Positions 58,030-64,000 of a DNA stretch of 64,000 bases are shown one piece after another; the first letter of the stretch is position 1, and the number at the start of each line of letters is the position of its first letter. The notes beneath the pieces were generated by a model that did no database searches, was not told the DNA's origin, and was given only the letters and a program-made list of their open reading frames with translations. The stretch is from a virus (lineage: Duplodnaviria > Caudoviricetes), in the IMG/VR virus record IMGVR_UViG_641201006_000001, positions 96,001 through 160,000 of that record; one strand, 5' to 3'. A program made the translations under genes and the position numbers.

Positions 58030-58383
58030 TTAGTTTGCTTCTACATCAATGACATCGACACGCTTGATGCTTGCTTCTGTACTGAATCCTTCCGGATAAC
58101 GTTCTTTTAGTTTAGCGATATTAGCAATAGCAACTTCTTCTAACGTAAATCCATACTCGGCTGCTATACGAGCAAGATACCACAAGTCATCACCAAGCTC
58201 ATCTCGAACCTTTATCGGGTCAGCAGGGTGTTTATGTCCTACTTCTTTCTTAATGACGTCAGCTACCTCACCTGCTTCACCAGCTATACCTAAACCATAT
58301 GTAGCAATGCGAAGTTCTCTGCTCATTTCATGGTCTTTCGGCGCAGTACGCTCCGTCAACTTTTGATACTCATTAAAGTTCAC
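58030..58383 (-). CDS. MazG-like nucleotide pyrophosphohydrolase
   Basis: NFNEYQ, GIAGEAGEVAD, DELGD.LWY, NIAKLKERYP. Confidence 0.88.
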   Translation of the reverse strand: MNFNEYQKLTERTAPKDHEMSRELRIATYGLGIAGEAGEVADVIKKEVGHKHPADPIKVRDELGDDLWYLARIAAEYGFTLEEVAIANIAKLKERYPEGFSTEASIKRVDVIDVEAN

Positions 58384-58385
58384 TA

Positions 58386-58691
58386 CTATTCCCCCTTGAT
58401 CTCTAGCTTGTGCGCCCACAACGTGCTACTGTACTTCTGTATCAGTAAGTCGATGCTTCGACCATCATACATAGCTTGCGCAGCTTTTTGAATAAGTTCA
58501 GCTACTTGTCTACGTTTTGGTGCAGTTTCTACATCGTCTGTGTGCGTATACTGTAATGTATATTCAGCGAACAACTTACCAGCGTTCTTCCCGCTTTTGT
58601 ATCGCTTAATACTAAGAGTGTTGATGTTATCTGCTAGTAATTCATTTGCAACATCGTTTAAGACTGGAATTGTTGCTTCTACTTTTGGCAT
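58386..58691 (-). CDS. Hypothetical protein
   Basis: GAGGTG RBS. Confidence 0.55.
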   Translation of the reverse strand: MPKVEATIPVLNDVANELLADNINTLSIKRYKSGKNAGKLFAEYTLQYTHTDDVETAPKRRQVAELIQKAAQAMYDGRSIDLLIQKYSSTLWAHKLEIKGE

Positions 58692-58759
58692 ATTCTCACC
58701 TCATTTCATCAGCCCGCACCCTCTATTATAAGGCATGAGGGCTGATGCGACTAGGATTT

Positions 58760-59410
58760 TTAGAAGTCTTCGTCATCAACGGAAGCGGATTTCTTCTTCG
58801 CTGGACGTTTCTTTCTAGCAGGTTTTTCCTCTACTTCTTCATCCGGCTCTTGATCGGCAAGTTCAGCATTCATTGCGTCAATGATTTCTTGCGCTTCCGG
58901 TTCCGTTAATTCATTCATCTTGTCTGTACCAATATTGTCATACAAGAAGTCTTCTAACTGTGTACGGCTAAAGCCTAGCTTTTTACCTAAACGTTTAATC
59001 TTACCAATGCTATCAACAGATGCTAAATCAGGTTCATATGCCTGTAGTTCATCGGCTGTTACCATACCTACGTTTAAGAAGTCACGGAACGCACGACCTT
59101 TGGCACGAGTTAATGCCATACGTGGGAATGATGCTGCTGTCATTTTACCGCAGTTATTCACACTTGCATCGGCTTCTTCCATACCAATGCGTTTACCTTC
59201 TTTGTCGAAGATTTCGGCACGAGCATAACATGTAAACTTATTCTCCGATGACGGATACTGCGTGACATATGCCTCGATATGTCCAAAGCGTGGGTCTTCA
59301 TGTGCAAGGGCAAGCAAACCATTATATAGAATTGCTTCTTTCCCTTTTGGCCCACCAATCTTCATGATAAATTCTTTCTTAAATTCGGGTGTTAATTCTC
59401 TACTTTTCAC
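58760..59410 (-). CDS. Putative recombination/annealing protein (Rad52/Erf-like)
   Basis: MALTRAKGRAFRD motif; Lys/Pro linker; acidic tail ending EDF. Confidence 0.45.
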   Translation of the reverse strand: MKSRELTPEFKKEFIMKIGGPKGKEAILYNGLLALAHEDPRFGHIEAYVTQYPSSENKFTCYARAEIFDKEGKRIGMEEADASVNNCGKMTAASFPRMALTRAKGRAFRDFLNVGMVTADELQAYEPDLASVDSIGKIKRLGKKLGFSRTQLEDFLYDNIGTDKMNELTEPEAQEIIDAMNAELADQEPDEEVEEKPARKKRPAKKKSASVDDEDF

Positions 59411-59425
59411 ACTGCAACCTCCTAA

Positions 59426-59740
59426 TTAGCCATTAATCCGTTTGTCATAGCAATAGCCACAAACATCTAATCCCGGATTCCTCGGCTCTGACTTACAATC
59501 AACACACTTCGGTTCTAGCTCTTTATAAATCGCTTCCTTGATCTCTCTCCATTCACCTAGTTGCTTCTGATGATTTGCAACTTCACGTTTGCGACCATCA
59601 ATTACAACTTGTGGTGTCCGCATACTTTCAGGAAGAGATTTAATATAAGCACTCGCTTGTTCACGACGAGTAATCTCCGTATTCACGAGCTTCCGAAGTT
59701 TCTTTAATTGTGCATTAGAAAACGGGCGACCGTTTACCAT
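59426..59740 (-). CDS. Hypothetical protein with a C-terminal Zn finger
   Basis: CVDC...CGYC. Confidence 0.55.
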   Translation of the reverse strand: MVNGRPFSNAQLKKLRKLVNTEITRREQASAYIKSLPESMRTPQVVIDGRKREVANHQKQLGEWREIKEAIYKELEPKCVDCKSEPRNPGLDVCGYCYDKRING

Positions 59741-60171
59741 TTCTCGATTCTACTTTCTACCTGTAATGTTGCAGTTAAGTCGTCGTTTGTACGAATTACT
59801 AATTCAGGAGCATTGTATCCATAAGAACCTTCATAGTATTTTTGGAATGTACCACCACGCCATAATGGTGTCACACGACCTTTTGCAAACGTACCATTCT
59901 TTTTCGTAGGAATTTTATTGAACCATTCTTCAAACTTATTACCCTCTTGAATCTCAATAATAAGTGCTTTGATTTCTTCCTCTTCCGCAGCACGCTCTGC
60001 TTCTGTTGGACGTGTAAAGTCTGTGTCCATATCACAAGTATTAATGCCGTAATCCTCATCTTCTGGATCAGCACCAATCATGCTTTGCAGTTCACGAATG
60101 ATTTCATCCTTGTTTCCTTCTAGGTTGAATACCTTATGACGCTCATCTGTCTTTGTGAATAATACTACCAT
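59734..60171 (-). CDS. Hypothetical protein
   Basis: GGAGTG RBS before MVVLF. Confidence 0.55.
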   Translation of the reverse strand: MVVLFTKTDERHKVFNLEGNKDEIIRELQSMIGADPEDEDYGINTCDMDTDFTRPTEAERAAEEEEIKALIIEIQEGNKFEEWFNKIPTKKNGTFAKGRVTPLWRGGTFQKYYEGSYGYNAPELVIRTNDDLTATLQVESRIEKW

Positions 60172-60647
60172 TTCACTCCACTCCCATCTTCGCCGCAATT
60201 ACTACAGCTATTTCTTCTTAACCAGCTATACAGATGCTCTTTTAGGTTATCTTCTAGCGGTTTCCCGTAGTCCTTCATAAAGTCAGTGACAACATCGTCA
60301 ATACGCATAATGACGGCACTACGTTCCTCCCCTGTATAGAAACCAGCATCAGTATCACATACGAGTTTGATGATTTCATCCTTAATACCTACATCAATTG
60401 CCGGCTCTACCGGTGCTAACTCATATGCACGAATCATGCTTGAATCAATACCGTATTGCTTCGATGCAATTTCAATTGCAACTGCGGTTGATTCAACGGA
60501 ATACGTACCTAAAATAATACCAGCATGAATGTCACGCCATTCTTGTACCTCATAGAAATTCTCTTCGTCTTGTATAGGCTCCGTTAACACTTGTATGTCA
60601 CGAGTGTATTCTTCGTCTACAACGCATAGATAATCATTTTTGACCAT
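60165..60647 (-). CDS. Hypothetical protein
   Basis: Operon packing. Confidence 0.55.
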   Translation of the reverse strand: MVKNDYLCVVDEEYTRDIQVLTEPIQDEENFYEVQEWRDIHAGIILGTYSVESTAVAIEIASKQYGIDSSMIRAYELAPVEPAIDVGIKDEIIKLVCDTDAGFYTGEERSAVIMRIDDVVTDFMKDYGKPLEDNLKEHLYSWLRRNSCSNCGEDGSGVKW

Positions 60648-61254
60648 GTGGGGTCACCACCTTCAATTGTTTTAGTTGTTCAAATGCTTCTTCCTCTGTT
60701 AATTCTCCCGCATCTAACTTCGCAAGCACTTCATCAATGCTATTCATTGCTTCCGGATTTCGACCAATTTCTGTTTCTACCGTATAGCTATCCAATGGTT
60801 CTACATATTCACTTGAATTTTCCGCCATTAGTTTCTCTAATGTTTTACGTAATTGATCGTCAGGCAAGGATAAGGCATTCTTTATATCATCAACTTTAAT
60901 GTATTCTGCATCCTCTGATGTTTTTACCGTATGGTCTGGTTTACCCGGACGGACGTACAGTGTATCAGCGGCGAAACCATCGTCTGCTGAACATGATCTG
61001 TCGTATGCTGCATTATGTTTCTTTAACAACTGTTCCAGTTCTTTTATTTCACCATCTTGATTATCTTCTTCTTCAATCGAGATGAGCGTTTTCTCTTCAT
61101 CTACATAACAGTTTTCTAATAGTGATACTTTATCTTTGTAATCTGCCTTCCCGCTATCGTAATATTCTTTATCCTTTAGATGCTGTGCTATCTCCGGATG
61201 CAACATACGTGCCGGGAAAGTAACTTCTACATGAAAATATCCCATCTTGTTCAC
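60634..61254 (-). CDS. Acidic hypothetical protein
   Basis: GAGGTG RBS; ORF fills the gap after pcrA. Confidence 0.6.
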   Translation of the reverse strand: MNKMGYFHVEVTFPARMLHPEIAQHLKDKEYYDSGKADYKDKVSLLENCYVDEEKTLISIEEEDNQDGEIKELEQLLKKHNAAYDRSCSADDGFAADTLYVRPGKPDHTVKTSEDAEYIKVDDIKNALSLPDDQLRKTLEKLMAENSSEYVEPLDSYTVETEIGRNPEAMNSIDEVLAKLDAGELTEEEAFEQLKQLKVVTPHGQK

Positions 61255-61265
61255 CTCATTACTTT

Positions 61266-61294
61266 TATTGTTACCATCTGTAACGCTTTTATGC
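61266..61294 (-). promoter_or_regulatory. SigG/SigF-like promoter
   Basis: GCATA-N14-GGTAACAATA. Confidence 0.45.
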
Positions 61295-61311
61295 AGAGAA
61301 ACAAGAGGCTT

Positions 61312-63285
61312 TTACACCTCTTGAATTAACTCATCCGGCAACTCTTCCATAAAGCGTGAAGGTGTTTGCCAGTTATACGTACGGTTATAATCCATACGAC
61401 GCTCTGCATGAGTGAAATACAATATCTCCTGCGCACGAGTGATACCTACATACGCTAGGCGACGTTCTTCTTCTAATTGAACTGTATCAGATAGACTACG
61501 TGAATGCGGGAATAATCCCTCTTCCATACCAATCATAAATACGACTGGATACTCAAGTCCTTTCGAAGTATGAAGCGTCATTAATTGTACTTTGTCTTGA
61601 TTGACTACTTTATCTTGCTGAGATTGCAGTGCGATTTGGTCAAGGAAGTCTTGTAGATGTGGGTCTTTATTCTCTTGTTCATAACCCTTCGCAATCTTCG
61701 TTAACTCCTTGATATTATCAATACGGCGGAAGTCTTCTTCCTTACCAGTTTCCTGCAACTTCTCAATGTACTGCGTATATTTAAAGATAAGTTCTAACAT
61801 GTCTGTAATCGGTTGGTCAGATACGCTCTTACCTGCTTCATACAATGCATTTAAACGAGCGACTGTATCTGTTAATCCTACGAATGCAGCTTTCGCTTTC
61901 GCTGTCTTCGGATTGAAATACTCCACCACTTCATAGATAGACTTGTTCTTTTCGTTTGCCTTATCTTTGATTTGTTTAATCGTTGTTTTACCAACGCCCG
62001 CTTGCATGTTCAAGATACGGTCACATGCAATATCGTTGTCAGGATTAACAGCTAACTGCATCCATGACATGATGTCCTTGATTTCCTTACGTTCATAGAA
62101 GGAGAATCCGGAAACCATATTGTACGGAATGTTATGGCGGATAAACTGATCCTCAAGGAGACGAGATTGAACGTTCGTGCGATACAGAAGTGCAATGTCT
62201 TCATACTTGTATCCATCGAATGTACATAGGTTCTGAATCTCCTGTGCAATGAAGCGTGCTTCTTGTTCATCGTCCGGCGCTTCATACTTACGTATCTTCT
62301 CACCCATTCCTTTATCCGTGAAGCAAGTTTTATTCATCTGCTTCGTATTATGTTTCATGATGGCGTTACCTGCGGTTACAATCGTATTGGTAGAACGATA
62401 ATTCTGCTCTAGCTTCACGACCTTCGTACCCGGATAATCTTTTTGGAAGTTGAGTATCTTCTCAATGTTCGCTCCACGCCACCCGTATATGCCTTGATAA
62501 TCATCGCCAACGACAAATATGTTATTCTTATCGCCGACAATGTTTTTAATCATACGGTACTGACATTCATTCGTATCTTGATACTCATCACACATAATAT
62601 ACTTGTATCGTCGCTGGAACTTCCTGCGTACTTCCGTATTGCTTTCCAGTAAGATAACCATCTTCATGATTAAGTCATCAAAGTCTACGGCATTGTTACG
62701 TGCCATTCTGTCTTGATAACGCTCATAGATTCTCGCAAATGACTTATCTTGCGGTTCCATTTGCTTACGGAAATCTTTCGGCAGTATCATATCATTCTTC
62801 AAGTTACTAATACGGGACTGCGTTGCATATACGTTCTGCTTTGAGTCATCCATATTGTTACTCTTTAGTAACTCTTTAATGACTTTGTTTGTATCCTCTG
62901 AATCGAAGATCGTCCAGTTCTTTTTCAGACCTGCTTCACTATAATATTGATGTAACCAACGTACAGCTAGAGAGTGGAATGTACCAATCATAATCTTCTT
63001 GGCTCTCGCTTCTCCTACCTCATTGCCGATACGTTCCTTCATTTCTGTTGCTGCTTTATTTGTAAACGTCACGGTTAATATACGGCGTGGGTCAATACCA
63101 TTTTCTAAAATATACCCCACACGCTTTTGAAGAACCCTTGTTTTTCCACTTCCTGCTCCGGCGATAACTAAACTAGGGTTCTTTACTGTTTTAACAACCG
63201 CTTCCTTCTGAGCTGGATTCAGACCATCTAATAACTTACGTATCCGTTTCCGCTTTCTCTTTCTTTCTTCATCCATTACTACCAC
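61312..63285 (-). CDS. pcrA: PcrA/UvrD SF1A helicase
   Basis: LNPAQ, AGAGSGKT, TFTNKAA, DEYQDTN, QNYRS, LYRTN, TLHTSKGLEY, YVGITRA. Confidence 0.95.
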   Translation of the reverse strand: MVVMDEERKRKRKRIRKLLDGLNPAQKEAVVKTVKNPSLVIAGAGSGKTRVLQKRVGYILENGIDPRRILTVTFTNKAATEMKERIGNEVGEARAKKIMIGTFHSLAVRWLHQYYSEAGLKKNWTIFDSEDTNKVIKELLKSNNMDDSKQNVYATQSRISNLKNDMILPKDFRKQMEPQDKSFARIYERYQDRMARNNAVDFDDLIMKMVILLESNTEVRRKFQRRYKYIMCDEYQDTNECQYRMIKNIVGDKNNIFVVGDDYQGIYGWRGANIEKILNFQKDYPGTKVVKLEQNYRSTNTIVTAGNAIMKHNTKQMNKTCFTDKGMGEKIRKYEAPDDEQEARFIAQEIQNLCTFDGYKYEDIALLYRTNVQSRLLEDQFIRHNIPYNMVSGFSFYERKEIKDIMSWMQLAVNPDNDIACDRILNMQAGVGKTTIKQIKDKANEKNKSIYEVVEYFNPKTAKAKAAFVGLTDTVARLNALYEAGKSVSDQPITDMLELIFKYTQYIEKLQETGKEEDFRRIDNIKELTKIAKGYEQENKDPHLQDFLDQIALQSQQDKVVNQDKVQLMTLHTSKGLEYPVVFMIGMEEGLFPHSRSLSDTVQLEEERRLAYVGITRAQEILYFTHAERRMDYNRTYNWQTPSRFMEELPDELIQEV

Positions 63286-63296
63286 GTTGCAACCTC

Positions 63297-63422
63297 CTAT
63301 GCTGACTCTTTAATACTTTTCCATGCACCTTGCAACGCACGGTCACCGTCCATAATAGGATTATGTTCCCATACAATATCGCCGGTGTCGTTTATACTTC
63401 CTAAATAAATAACGTTCTCCAT
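63297..63422 (-). CDS. 41-aa protein, not in the ORF track
   Basis: AGGAGGTG RBS; MENVIYLGSINDTGDIVWEHNPIMDGDRALQGAWKSIKESA. Confidence 0.6.
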   Translation of the reverse strand: MENVIYLGSINDTGDIVWEHNPIMDGDRALQGAWKSIKESA

Positions 63423-63433
63423 TATGTCACCTC

Positions 63434-63652
63434 CTAAAATGGAACATCAATCATGTTTTCTGGTGTTACCTCTACTGCGATGAATCCATGTTCATGTAGT
63501 GCAGGAAGTATATCAAGTTCTGTGTAATTTTCACCTTCACATACTTTACGGATAACTCCTTTAAATTCCTCTTCTGTTGCATTTGTTTCGATTAGTTTCA
63601 TCCACGTAGAACGTTTTGAATCGCTATCAAATAAACGGAATGTGTTGAACAT
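63434..63652 (-). CDS. Hypothetical protein
   Basis: AGGAGG RBS before MFNTF. Confidence 0.6.
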   Translation of the reverse strand: MFNTFRLFDSDSKRSTWMKLIETNATEEEFKGVIRKVCEGENYTELDILPALHEHGFIAVEVTPENMIDVPF

Positions 63653-63653
63653 A

Positions 63654-63902
63654 TTATGCCTCCTGTTCTTCGTATTTATCTTGATACAAGAAGAATGCGG
63701 TACTGTCTGCATGATGACTATGAATGAAGTCCGATAACTCATCATACTTGTGATGAAACCCTTCATTTGAGTATTCATCCTCAAGGTCACTTAATAATCG
63801 TTTAGCAAACTCATTGGCTTTCTTTTCATCCTTGAAGCTGTATTCACCATTATTCACGAATAATCGTTTGACTAATTCTAAGTTCTCTTTATGGTCATCC
63901 AT
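63654..63902 (-). CDS. Hypothetical protein
   Basis: AGGAGG RBS before MDDHK. Confidence 0.6.
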   Translation of the reverse strand: MDDHKENLELVKRLFVNNGEYSFKDEKKANEFAKRLLSDLEDEYSNEGFHHKYDELSDFIHSHHADSTAFFLYQDKYEEQEA

Positions 63903-64000
63903 GATGAACCTCCTATAATATACTGTCGTTACATGCCCATATTGCTTTTGATACATAGCGTTTATCAAACTTTTCTACGGTAGGTTCGATTGCTAGTATC

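Noticed and set aside
61312-63285. PcrA lacking the C-terminal Tudor domain
   Set aside because: Real, but common among phage and Rep-like helicases; low novelty.
1-64000. CRISPR array, tRNA, rRNA or IS elements
   Set aside because: No regularly spaced repeats, cloverleafs or transposases seen by eye; intergenic gaps are short.

Overview
This is a 64-kb segment of a large Bacillus-type tailed phage genome. It is gene-dense, uses Firmicutes-type ribosome binding sites (RBS), and has no rRNA, tRNA, CRISPR array or integrase that I can see. The + arm (1-22.4 kb) carries virion/tail-like proteins (including a paralogous family), holin-like genes, a replication/recombination block (Rad52-like protein, AEP primase, DnaB-like helicase, RuvC, sigma factor), thymidine kinase and FN3 proteins. 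The - arm (29.8-64 kb) carries nucleotide metabolism genes (class I RNR, flavodoxin, dCMP deaminase, a divergent ThyX-like protein, dNMP kinase, MazG), DnaG, a GH25 endolysin, a split/fused SbcCD, a phosphatase and PcrA. The most notable element lies between the arms (22.5-29.8 kb). It is a minimal conjugation-like operon: pilin-like gene, VirB6-like membrane protein, an unannotated 39-aa membrane peptide, a VirD4-like ATPase and a Replic_Relax relaxase, next to a ParM/ParR-like pair and a PadR regulator. Both the transfer operon and the parMR operon are preceded by good matches to the sporulation mother-cell SigE promoter consensus, and SigG-like promoters occur in the - arm. My inference is that the module moves phage DNA from the mother cell into the forespore. 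All calls come from motif recognition by eye; no searches were run.
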